Of a stretch of 64,000 bases of DNA, positions 26,687 through 38,459 are shown piece by piece; position 1 is the stretch's first letter; each line of letters begins with the position of its first letter. Source of the stretch: Octopus vulgaris. Lineage: Eukaryota. The position numbers and the translations under genes are program-made. Where the stretch lies: positions 2,046,001 to 2,110,000 of the forward strand of contig OX597821.1 in the NCBI GenBank assembly GCA_951406725.2, read 5' to 3'. The notes beneath the pieces are model-generated. The model was not told where the DNA came from. It ran no database searches and saw nothing but the letters and a program-made list of their open reading frames with translations.

Positions 26687-27046
26687 AAAACCAGAACCGT
26701 ACGATCGTGAGTCCAACACTAAGACAGGCGTCTACAAGTTGGATCTATGAACCTGTTATAGAATGGGTTGATGCGTGTGAGAACACTTGATAAAAATCCT
26801 CCTTCTTGAACTTAGACATCACAATGAGAAAAAGATTACCGATAGGTAAAATTAGAACTACGTGTCTGTAAGTAAACAAAACTAGAACCACACGATCATG
26901 AGTCCAATACTAAGACAGGCGTCTACAAGTTGGATCTCTGAACCTGTTATAGAATGGGTTGATGCGTGTGGGAACACTTGGTTAAAATCCACACAAAGAA
27001 AAAGATTACCAATAGGTGAAATTAGAACTACGTGTCTGTAAGTAAA
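26687..27046 (+). repeat. Recent tandem duplication (units ~190 and ~170 bp)
   Basis: CTAAGACAGGCGTCTACAAGTTGGATCT...AAATTAGAACTACGTGTCTGTAAGTAAA present twice. Confidence 0.9.
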
Positions 27047-27715
27047 TGTTCTTAGAATATAATTAAGTCTGCGACTATATACATGTGGCGAAAACTGTTT
27101 AGATGATAACAATTATGATGATGATGGTGCTGGTGATGGCAATAAGAAAAGAAAGAGGAGTAGCAGTTGGAGGAAGGGTGGGGTAAGAGTTGGAGGAGGT
27201 GGAGAAAAACCACGATGACGTCGTTCATGATTCTTATTACGATAGCTTTCTTCGGCTTTACCTCAGAAATTATATAACTACCTCATAACATTAACTTCTA
27301 TAAAATGCCAAATGTCATATACTTGTATACAACATGGTTTAGAATGTCTCCGGACAGGCACAAATATATGTAAATAAGCTACTTTCAATGATAAAGCAAA
27401 AATAAACGCATTAAAAAACAACAAGAATTCTCTCTTTATTTCACAGTTTCTCCTATCTATAAAGAATATACTTTGTGCGTGATATGCTGCTGGTTGCCTG
27501 TGGCCAAGGATGTGGAACGTTTATGTTGAGCTAATGTACATGTCTCCTCTTTAAACTATCGTTTCTATTCCATGGGGACTCTGGCAGAATATAAATTATT
27601 CTTGTTATTAACTGCAAGAACTTAGGTAAAGTGGAAAAGTCACTCTCTCTGCCTCCTCTCTCTACTATTATATCTTAATCTAATTCTCTCTTTTCTCTTT
27701 CATTGTGTGCGTCTA

Positions 27716-27748
<33 letters not shown>

Positions 27749-28049
27749 GCATGTACAAGCTAAAAGCATATTTACATTTGTATAAATATGCGATTGCGCC
27801 CACACACCCACGCACACATATATGTATATATGAAAGATAGAGATAGATAGGGAGAAAGAGAGAGGAAGAAAGAGGGAGAGAGAGAAAGAGAGAGTGAGAA
27901 GGAGGGAGTAAGGTTGAGGTAAGTATCTGTCAACACATATATCTAAGCGAGTCTGTCATTCCCTCCCCCTTATTTATTTAATTCCCTTTCATTAACCTCT
28001 CTGTGTCTATGTCTACCCCTCTGCATACATATGTATATGTATATGTATG

Positions 28050-28086
<37 letters not shown>

Positions 28087-28919
28087 GTATTTATATATGT
28101 GTGTGCGTGTGAGCGTGCACGTGTCTCTGTGTATGCCTATGATGTTTTCCTACCATATGTACAGGTAAGTGCATATGTGTGTGTAGATAGGCATGCATTA
28201 ATGGACTTGTATGTATATATATATGTGTGTGTATGTGTGTGTGTATCTGTGTGTGTATGTGTGTGCGTATATCTGTGTGTGTGTGTGACATACACTCTGC
28301 AATTTATCTGAATTTATGTATGAATATACAACTCTGCAATGTTTATAGACTATTTGTAAAAGGTTGCTTTAATATATTTCTTTTCTATTTTAGTGAAGGT
28401 GTCTTGGGAGAAGTTTATACATCTTTCAACGACTAATCACCAATTGTTTTACATTTTAATCAGTTACACGTTCTACATCATTCACCAAACTTTGATTAGT
28501 AATTTAGATTAACCTCATTACTACTGCAAATATTTATTCGTCCTCTTCTTCTGTGTTGAGTAGTTTTTCTTCTTGTCTGTAAAGGAAACCAGACATTCCC
28601 ACGTATGCGTGTGTAAAATTTGGAGTCGTAACGTTTGGTGTATGTATGCATTATGTACAGTCATTCATACACCTTTGTTAGGCAGACGCTAACGTATTTT
28701 TCCAGAGTCAGCCATCGACGCCAATCTATATATGTTTCTTGTGTTATAAAGATGAAACAAAACTCTGTTCAATTAGATATCTCAGTCAAAAGAAAAATAA
28801 CAGGTTTAGTAACATGCTGACGAATATATTTTGCGATTGTCGTGCTGCTGCCATTGCATCAGCTATAAAAACCAATAATAAAACCCCAAAAAAAAACCCA
28901 CACACACAACGATGGTAGT

Positions 28920-29886
28920 TACAACTGCAGCAATACCAGGACAAATACATTTACTAGCAGAAGGTTCATTGCTAACCATGGAAGAAAGGTGTTTAATCGA
29001 TTGAATTGAGTGAAGTCAATTATTATGACATGCAATGCCGTTATTGATCCAGTTGCGTTGATATGAAAGGAAAGAATATTAGACGAGATTGCTTTTGAAC
29101 TCGAGACAAGAATATACAGAAGGGGCCATATGAATCATAGTCACATAGTTAACGTTTTATGATAGGAGCCAATAAAGGAGCATCTATGTAGCCATTAGAC
29201 CTGCTAGAAATAGTAACAAAATCAACCTCATATCACAAACCTACGTCTTCAGTTTAGATATGTTAGATAATATTAGTATATCTAACATATCCATACGTAT
29301 ATATTAATAAGAGATATGGTCACATCTGGAACAGCATTTTCCCAGATCTGCTGGGTGAGGTTTGGTCAATCATCACCACCAACAACACCACCCCTACCAT
29401 CATTACTATCACCATAGCTACCAACGATGTCACTACCACCATAACACAACACAACAACATAAGTGACAACAGCAACAGCATCAACGAGCCAATGACGAAC
29501 CTTCAACCTTGTTGTGAGATCTTGTAATTAGAAACCAGTCTCTCTTGAATCATACACCCCACTGGAATGATTAAAATATAGATTAAGTAACGTAGCTCTT
29601 GATTAACAAAGACCAAATCTGAATATGAGATGGGATGGCGAGAGCGGGATTGAATTTAATCATCTGCTTGCCTACGATTGACCTAGGGTTGAAGACCTGA
29701 AACGTCAACAAAAATTATATTCAGGCGTAGTAGTGGCTGTGTTGTAAGTAGCTTGCTTACCAACCACATGATTCCGGGTTCAGTCCCACTGCATGGCACC
29801 TTGGACAAGTGTCTTCTACTATAGCCTCGGGCCGACCAAGGCCTTTTGAGAGAAATTGGTAGACGGAAACTGAAAGAAGCCCGTCT

Positions 29887-29937
<51 letters not shown>

Positions 29938-30790
29938 TTGTGTGTCTGTTTGTCCCCCCAACATCGCTTGATAACCGATACTGGTGTGTTTACGTTCCCA
30001 AAACCTAGCGGCTCGGTAAAAAATAACGATAGAAAAGCACTAGGCTTACAAAGAATAAGTCATGGTGTCAATTTGCTCGACTAAAGGCGGTACACCAGCA
30101 TGGCCACAGTCAAATGACTGAAACAAGTAAAAGAGCAAAAAATGTAACTACCACGAACATCAGCGCCACCACTGTCAATAAAATCAAGATCAACATGAAG
30201 GGTCTAATGAAAGAATTTTTTATGTACTTATGCGGCCAGATATCGCAAGCAAATTTTCCTTAAATCAGAGCAAAGCGTGTCGGGAAAGGATATCCTCGTG
30301 ACAATGGCGAAAGTACTACCATTGTGAATATGCTTGCAACTCATATACCAACAACTTCAACTACAACCACTGCAATACCAGGTCAAATATATTTATTATG
30401 AGATGGTTCGATGCTAACTATGGAAGCAAGGTATTTAATCGATTGAACGAACTTCAGTCAATTATTACGACCTGCGCTATCCTTATTGATCCAACAGTAT
30501 TGGTATGAAAAGAAGGAATATGAGATACCAGATTGCTTTGAAGTTGAAGCAAGAATATATCAAATAGATCATGTATGAAGTATCTCGCCACACTATCAGC
30601 GAGAAAACGGGGGAGCTTCTACGTGGCTGCTAGAGACAGCAGCTAAATCTCCCACGAATCCTGCACCAGAGTCTTGAATAAAGGAGGAATCCTTTTGGTA
30701 AAGTAATCGCAATGTATCCACTTAAAGGCGTAACGGATGCCTACAGAATATTTTGTCGTAGGCTGGCTTGATTAAAGATTTGGAGCTAAA
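28920..30790 (+). repeat. Old local duplication (28920-~29350 similar to 30363-~30790)
   Basis: GCAATACCAGG.CAAATA.ATTTA...TGCTAAC.ATGGAAG.AAGGT.TTTAATCGATTGAA...AGTCAATTATTA.GAC...TTATTGATCCA shared, with many substitutions. Confidence 0.75.
29723..30140 (+). mobile_element. SINE family A
   Basis: Full-length match to 1104-1515. Confidence 0.9.
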
Positions 30791-30892
30791 TAATAACATC
30801 AATAACTATGTTGTTCTATCTCTATTATATTATGAGTTCCAAAGCCATTACAGCAATAATATGTAAACCAGTACTATTATTATGTCTATCGA

Positions 30893-31510
30893 AAGGTGGT
30901 GAGCTGGCAGAAAGGTTAGCACGCCGGGCGAAATGCTAAGCGGTATTTCGTCTGACGTTACGTTCTGAGTTCCAATTCCGCCGAGGTCGACTTTGCCTTT
31001 CATCCTTTCGGGGTCGATAAAGTAACTACCAGTTATGCACTGGGGTCGATATAATCGACATAATCCCTTTGTCAGTCCTTGTTTGTCCTCTCTGGGTTTA
31101 GCCCCTTGTGGGTAGTAAAGAAATAAGTATTTCGCCTGCCGTTACGTTCTGAGTTCAAATTCCGCCGAAGTCGACTTTGCCTTTCATCCTTTCGGGATCA
31201 ATAAATAAAGTAGCAATTATGCACTGGGGTCGATGTAATCGACTTAATCCGTTTGTCTGTTCTTTGTCCCCCCTATGTTTAGCCCCTTGTGGGCAATAAA
31301 GAAATAAGAAACGTTAGCAGATCTGGCGAAATACTTAGCGGTATTTCGTTTATCTTTACGTTCTGAGTGTAAATTCCGCAGAGGTCGACTTTGCCTTTCA
31401 TCATTTCGAGATCGATAAATTATGTACCAGTTACGTACTAGAGTCAATATAATCGACTTTCCCCCTCCCTAAAAGTTTCGGATCTTGTGCCTAGAGTAGA
31501 AAAGACTATT
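30893..31510 (+). mobile_element. SINE family C, internally trimeric
   Basis: Head AAGGTGGTGAGCTGGCAGAA. Core GTATTTCG..TTCTGAGTTCAAATTCCGCCGAGGTCGACTTTGCCTTTCATCCTTTCGGGGTCGATAA repeated from ~30944, ~31127 and ~31341. Confidence 0.85.
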
Positions 31511-31845
31511 ATGTCTATCGTAGTGTCGCAGCTGTTTGAGGACATGGCTTGAATATTTGACATTCCCAGATACAACGGTATATATATATATATATGTATA
31601 TATATATACTGTTGTGTCTGGGAAAGTAATTTTCTTTTTAAGCCTTACAATGTAACACACTCATCGGTAAAATTTCCACTTATTTCTTTTTTTTATTTTC
31701 CTAAACTTTTCGTTGCGTCATGCAAACTTTTCAATAGTCTTGACTCTATAAGGCACAAAAAGAAAATGACTCTCTTCAGACACAACAGAATATGCTTCAA
31801 CACACGAACTCATATAAAGAATCTTGCAAACCAAATCCAAAAACG

Positions 31846-31928
<83 letters not shown>

Positions 31929-32192
31929 TACATATATATGAAAGTTTGAATTTAGTTCACGGACTCCCAGTACTACCTTTGGTAGTACCCCAGGTTGGGA
32001 TCCACTGCTCTAACCTAAGATTTGGTTGGGTAGCCGATGCTGGTCGGCGTGCAAATCCTTCTTGAACGTCTTTTAGTCACCTTTTATGAGAGCAGAGGAA
32101 ACATTCAGTCTATTCTCTGCCATGACGATCCCTACAGCCACCATGCTGCATAATAACTCTGTGTACACAATTGAAACAGTAAGGAATTATAA

Positions 32193-32234
32193 TGTGCTGA
32201 TGAAGTGAAATAACCCAGAAACCATTGGTACACA
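32193..32234 (+). ncRNA. Minimal hammerhead ribozyme with decayed stem II
   Basis: TGTG-CTGATGA-agtgaaataaccca-GAA-ACCATTGGT-A-CACA. GUA triplet. Confidence 0.6.
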
Positions 32235-33152
32235 GATATTGCTTTGAGCTGAATGGGGACACTAATTCCTTTGTTCAAAGATATAAGGACAAAGTTAGTG
32301 GTCCTCTTGTCTGCTGGAGACGATGTTTTTCTGAGACTAAATAGCCGTAACATCCATCGCAATTAAAACTGCCACTACGTTGGCAAATAAGCTTTACTCA
32401 AAAATAAATAGCAATATATTTAGGATACTTATCGTAGATACACCGCTGAGAATCAAGGTAGTGCAGTTTCCCTCCGAAAATGAATCCGTTATGGGTGTGT
32501 TGTGTTAAAAATGCAAAAACTAATTATCGTAATGAACCGAATAACCACATCGTTAGAGGATTTTTAAAGACGGCAGATGTGCATGATTGTAGGAAGATGT
32601 TGAGCGAATCTGCTTTTGATTTCAAATTCGGTTATTCAGACGTGTGGAGGCTGCATCGTTGCCGCGTGGACCACCCTCGGGTACCAAGGTTATCTCCCGT
32701 CAACGAAAGTTTTGTATCGATCTACCATCTGGTGGGTGGTAACACATCCTATCTGTTTCAGATGAACCAGCGTCGAATCATACAACGTTTAACAAGAGGA
32801 GACAGAGCAAATAGAGCATCAGTGATTCAATGATATTAGACAAGAGGATTTGCCTGATAATTTATCGATCCCACTCCCACTTCCACACGCATGAAAGGCT
32901 AGCAACAAACAGATTAAATAGAATGAGCGGATTAGATTGCTTGAAACATAAATAGAGTACTAATTAGTAGATTAAACGGAATTATTTATTAATCGGAAAT
33001 ATAAAAAGAATATTATCGATTTTCATATAATATACATTAAGAGAGATTTGAATCTTACATATATATAAATACATACACACACGCACACACAAATACATAC
33101 ACACACGCACACACAAATACATACACACATATATATATACATATATATATAT

Positions 33153-33195
<43 letters not shown>

Positions 33196-33247
33196 CATAT
33201 TTACATAAGTAGATATATGTTTATAAATAATGTATATCTATCTATCC

Positions 33248-33313
<66 letters not shown>

Positions 33314-34000
33314 ATATCTATCTATCTATCTATGTGTCTATCTATCTGTCTATCTATCTTAATCTCTCCCTCTCTTTGTACAGATATAGTATGTGTTTGT
33401 ATGTGTGTGTGTGTTTGTGTATGTATATGTGTTTGTGTGGGGGTTGTGTGTGTGTGTGTGCGTGTGTCTGTGCACGTTGATGTGTTTATACAGGCTTCTG
33501 AGGATGGCTGTTTATACAAATATATAAATACAAATATACACGTACGCACACACGCATGCACATATACACACACACGAGCGGTGTGAAGAAGCAGAACTAA
33601 AGAGAATACTAAATACTGAAATTAGAGACATCTTATATTAAAGTATTGGAATATGCGATACTTGTCAAACTTTTACTCTGCGTGCCACCCTTCTGATCTT
33701 TACGCGATATTAATGAATTGAAGGCGTAAAACAAAAGCCCATGCGAAAATAAAAGTGCATGCATGTGTGTATGAGAGTGTGTGTGTGTATGAGTGTGAAT
33801 GTATGTGTTTGCCTTTCTGTGTGTGAATGTGTGTGAGTGCGTGTTTGTGTTTGTGCGTGTATCTTTGTTGCGCAGTGTGATATGGAACTTCTAATCTTTT
33901 TTAAAAGATGGAACACTTCAATTGTCAAAGGTCAGACATGCTATTTACCGCATGAGCAGATTGAACCTCTTATGTTCAGAGATCTTTGTCGTTCACATAT

Positions 34001-34053
<53 letters not shown>

Positions 34054-34231
34054 CTCACCTCGCTCTAATTACCCGACGAAACTAACCAATCTACCATAAG
34101 CAGACTTACACCCACCGAATTTACCAGAGCAAAATTAAAAATTTAATGTAAGAATTACCACTTTGTTTACATTACCATCACATATGTATCAATTATTTTC
34201 GCATCCTAACCGATGCATCTGTCTATATTCT

Positions 34232-34280
34232 CATTCTGAAGAGATTTACTTGAACCTGTAAATTGAAACGATCGTAAATG
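34232..34280 (+). ncRNA. Canonical minimal type I hammerhead ribozyme
   Basis: CATT-CTGAAGA-GATTTAC ttgaacct GTAAATT-GAA-ACGATCGT-A-AATG. All three stems and the core are intact. Predicted cleavage after 34276. Lies in a ~335-bp segment between TA runs (34051-34384). Confidence 0.88.
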
Positions 34281-34395
34281 CTACCCTCAACTCTGCTTCT
34301 TCCTTTTTTGTTACCTATTTAATTAAAGACATACCAGCGTAAACCACAAGTTTTCCCATTGTCATTTTATCCATTTTCCTCTGATATATATATAT

Positions 34396-34802
34396 ACAAC
34401 TTATAAATAAGGGCAAACGAAACAATTTCTAATGCCAAATATGCCGAAATTGGACATATTGTCCATAACCATATAATTTTTCACAATACGCACGCTACTC
34501 GAAAAAGGGTCGACAGAAATTTCTAAAAAATTCCATTATTACCATATCGGACAGATTTAAGGGTTAGTTCGTGAGAACCCTCCCTTCTTCAGTGATAAAT
34601 GTGTCAAAGAATTAAATAAGATACTTACTCATACCCTGAAATCGGTCCGATATGGTAATAATAGAATTTTTTAGAAATTTCTGTCGACCCTTTTTCGAGT
34701 AGCGTGCGTATTGTGAAAAAATTATATGGTTATGGACAATATGTCCAATTTCGGCATATTTGGCTTTATAAATTGTTTCGTTTGCCCTTATTTATAAGTT
34801 GT
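34396..34802. mobile_element. Fold-back PLE-like element with ~169-bp inverted arms
   Basis: 34396-34564 is a near-perfect reverse complement of 34633-34802. TA runs at 34384-34395 and 34887-34908. Confidence 0.8.
34545..34597 (-). ncRNA. Mutated hammerhead ribozyme at the inner end of the left arm of a fold-back element
   Basis: Minus strand: TATCA-CTGAAGA-AGGG...CCCT-tAA-ATCTGT-C-CGATA. The opposite arm (34633-34652, +) keeps the intact 3' half, CCCT-GAA-ATCGGT-C-CGATA. Confidence 0.65.
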
Positions 34803-35081
34803 TTATAATTTTAACCTTTAAAGGTATCTTTTAATATACTGGCCATTGACAAAAATGTTTTTCGAAAATGTTTTATCCTACATTAAATATATATATATAT
34901 ATATATATAATACAAAATTAGAAAATGGAGAAACATACTTAAATCAATCAAACATCAACCATCAGATAATACCCAATCAATAATTTATTATACTATTACA
35001 TAACAGCAAAGACATTATACAAAATATATTGTACATATAATTAGACAAGGAAATAGAAATATAAAATACAATTACATTATA

Positions 35082-35192
35082 TCTGACAGCTGTTTCGGCC
35101 GTGAGGACAAGTATGCCTCATTTAACCTATAAGCCATATAAGGCAGGTATAAATGAGACATTAACAATGATGTCCCACGGCCTCTTCAGAGA
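35082..35192 (-). ncRNA. Canonical hammerhead ribozyme with long stem II
   Basis: Minus strand: TCT-CTGAAGA-GGCCGTG...(extended hairpin)...CACGGCC-GAA-ACAGCTGT-C-AGA. GUC triplet. The segment is bounded by TA runs at ~34908 and ~35284. Confidence 0.85.
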
Positions 35193-35278
35193 ATTTAATT
35201 TAATATAAGTGTGAAAAAGATTTTACATATAAATATAAAAATATAAAATATAAAAATGTGTGCATAGACACTCATAAT

Positions 35279-35321
<43 letters not shown>

Positions 35322-35607
35322 TAATACAATAATACAAAATAAACAAAATATATCAATATACATTAACAAACACAGTTATTTTACATATTGGACTCCTAGT
35401 TCCATAACTAACATCAAGGAAAATATATGCACACTCACATTTAAATTTAAATCAGACATATATACATAAAAAAAATAATAAAAAAACAGTTCAGTTCATA
35501 AAATTATAACCCTACAAAAAGTCAATAAAAATTAATATTAATATTAATAATAATAATAATAATAATAACAACCATGACTGTACCAAGTACATCAAGCGGA
35601 CATCTAC

Positions 35608-35673
<66 letters not shown>

Positions 35674-35791
35674 TATATACATACATGTTTACATACATAT
35701 GCATACACATATGTCTGTAAATGTACATTCTTACATAAATTACATACATACACGCATAATTACATACATATAAACATGTATTCTTATCACA

Positions 35792-35965
35792 TTCATACCA
35801 ATAATCAGGTGTGCGCTTGGTTTTGTGAGTAAATGTTTAAGTGACAATCTGGAAAAGCTAGGCTTTTCAGAAAGAGTAATAAACTAGCTCACTTGCTCTG
35901 TACAAATACAATCTATAAACGGAACTGTGAAGTTATTCAAGGCTTCCCTCAGGTTCAAAAAGTGG
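35792..35965 (+). pseudogene. C-terminal remnant of an RLE-type (R4/Dong-like) LINE ORF
   Basis: Manual translation [49 protein letters not shown]. Similar to the 3' end of the 50933 element. Confidence 0.6.
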
Positions 35966-36325
35966 CGTTACGTTGTTACCTACAAATTAACGGTGAGGAT
36001 TTGTACCTTTTTAGAAACCAGTTACATTTTTACAGGAAGAGTCCAAATAATTAAATGGAGAAAAGAAAATACATACATTCATTCAAACATACCTACATAA
36101 CTACTTACCATCATACATACCTTTTAATACAAAGATGATCAAGAATAAATAAGTAACTGTCTCAAAATTTCTTTACGATATTATCTAAAAATCCTGTACC
36201 TTGTCGTCGCAAACAATGCGCATTGTAACCTACAGAATAAATTATCCCCTGGATAAATACATAAGAATATGCGTTTTCTCAATGATTTCATACGAAAGAA
36301 GGCTTGGATACACTGTAGCGTAAGG

Positions 36326-36611
36326 CAGTGCTACACAAAGTGGTGCCGGTCTGCGAGCCATCAGCTGCCGGTATGCAGCGAGTTTCCCGGAAAGAAAGAA
36401 ACATTATAAAATGCTTATAAAATGCGTATGTAATATTGTATTATTTGTTTATAAAATAAATATAAAATTTAAAAATTAGTCAACTTTTGTTATATTCATT
36501 AAATATACTGTTTCCAGTATAAATTAATATCACTAAGAAATATTACCGGTCCCTGGTACATTGGAAAATTAAATTGCTTGTACGCCACATCAGATAGTTT
36601 GAGAAGCACTG
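36326..36611. mobile_element. hAT-type MITE
   Basis: TIRs CAGTGCTACACAAA / TTTGAGAAGCACTG. 8-bp TSD GCGTAAGG (36318-36325) / GTGTAAGG (36612-36619). Confidence 0.8.
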
Positions 36612-36859
36612 GTGTAAGGGACTATAGAGAAAGAAAACATGAGGCTTACAAATTCAAAGGATATCGAGAGACAGAAATGTTAAAAAAACTGAATACTGTA
36701 GGCCAGAGGAAAACAAGGCATTGGAGGTGAGATTCGGGGACAAGGAGTTCGAAGAAAGAAGCTTTCAGAATTAAAGGTCTCAAGGTGAAGAAGATGCCGA
36801 ACATAGAAACGATGCGCTTGAGAAGACAAGCAGATGATACGTTTAAATGTCGTGACAAA

Positions 36860-37270
36860 TACGACAAGACAAGAACAATCATCAGACCCATGATCATAGA
36901 AATTCTTATAGAATTGACACAACGGGGATACATTTCAACAATGCACCAAAGATCCCTACCTTGTAGAAAGAAGAAGAGGGCCCACCAGGTTAACAACCAT
37001 ATCCAGAATTCGATCAAGCAACTTCAGACATTAAAAGGAGACTCCAGCCTAAAGACGACATCAATATTCATTAATATTTATTGATTAAGAGTGCATATTT
37101 ACAAATATGTAAAACATGTTTGTAAAAGAATCTTGTCAAGAAATCATTTAAATACAAGTTGGTAGCAGTTGTTAAGAAAATGATAACGATTGAGGAAAAG
37201 AAAACACCATTGTCGAATTAATGACATATTTGTAACTACACGACCTGGATTCTAGGATTAGGTTTATAAA
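36860..37270 (+). mobile_element. Possible highly eroded LTR-retrotransposon RT fragment
   Basis: Correctly ordered fragments IRPMI..YR, IKSAYLQI, KYKLV and TRPGF resemble RT motifs RPV.DYR, DL.SAY.QI and TRL.FG. Many frameshifts. Confidence 0.3.
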
Positions 37271-37553
37271 TATGATTATTATATATCCAGTTAATAGTTT
37301 TGACACCAAACTTCAGACGTTAGGCGTGAAAACGTTAGAAATGGCAAGTCTAACTGGGAAATTACTGCTAGAATACACGGAAGACAATACGGCAATGTGT
37401 TAAAGAAGTTTTAAAACTACATAGCGGATATAGGATATATAAATATGCAGAGGCAACACACGTGTTTGTATATATAAATATATATAAGACAAATCACACT
37501 GATCCACAAATATGATCACACCTATGCCTCATCTCAGGGAATTCAACTACTTA

Positions 37554-37614
<61 letters not shown>

Positions 37615-37619
<5 letters not shown>

Positions 37620-37985
37620 TGCACTCCGTCGGTTGCGAGGACAAGAGTTCCAACTGATCCGATCGACGGAACATCCTGCTCGTGAAATTAACGTGCAAGT
37701 GGCTGAGCACTCCACAGACACGTATACCCTTAAAGTAGTTCTCGGGGAGATTCAGCGTGATACAGAATGTGACAAGGTTGTCCCCTTGAAATACAGGCAC
37801 AGCAGAAACAGGAACGAAGAATGAGAGAAAGTTATGGGGAAAGAGTACAGCAGGGTTCAACACCACCCCCTGCCGGAACTTCGTGGAGCTTTTAGGTGTT
37901 TTTACTCAATAAACACTCACAACGCTCGGTCTGGCAATCGAAGCCGCGATCCTAAGTCTGCGAGTCCGCTGCCCTAACCACTGCG

Positions 37986-37988
<3 letters not shown>
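37615..37988 (-). mobile_element. SINE family B1
   Basis: Reverse complement of 15825-16205. Head-to-head with the family A copy across (TA)n. Confidence 0.88.
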
Positions 37989-38046
<58 letters not shown>

Positions 38047-38049
<3 letters not shown>

Positions 38050-38225
38050 CGCAGACATGGCTGTGTAGTAAGAAGATTGCTTACCAACCACGTCCACTGT
38101 GTGACACCTTGGGCAAGTGTCTTCTACAATAGCTTCGGGCCGACCAAAGCCTTTTGGGTGGACTTGTTTGATGGAAACTTAGAAAGCCCATCATATATGT
38201 ATGTATATAGATATGTGTGTGTGTT
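38047..38225 (+). mobile_element. SINE family A, 5' half
   Basis: Head and body up to the internal microsatellite. Confidence 0.75.
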
Positions 38226-38318
38226 TATGGGTGAATATATATATACCGGAAAAAGCACAAAGTGAAACAAAGTGGGAAAAATAATACTCAAATACCAGAG
38301 GTAGAGTAATATTTTATC

Positions 38319-38364
38319 AAAGCTGTATGACGAACGGGAACGTGAAACTCTGAGTAACAGCTTT
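38319..38364 (+). ncRNA. Hammerhead ribozyme of the same family as 6753 (C3>A core mutation)
   Basis: AAAGCTGT-aTGACGA-ACG ggaa CGT-GAA-ACTCTGAGT-A-ACAGCTTT. Perfect 8-bp stem I and a GNRA-capped stem II. Followed by the same tail as 6800-6830 and then (TA)n. Confidence 0.75.
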
Positions 38365-38401
38365 TGTTATATACCTGCTGCTTTTAAATATAGTATGTAT
38401 A

Positions 38402-38459
<58 letters not shown>

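Noticed and set aside
30893-31510. Repeated units that could be taken for a CRISPR-like array
   Set aside because: The units are ~180-210 bp SINE bodies without unique spacers, in a eukaryotic context with no cas genes.
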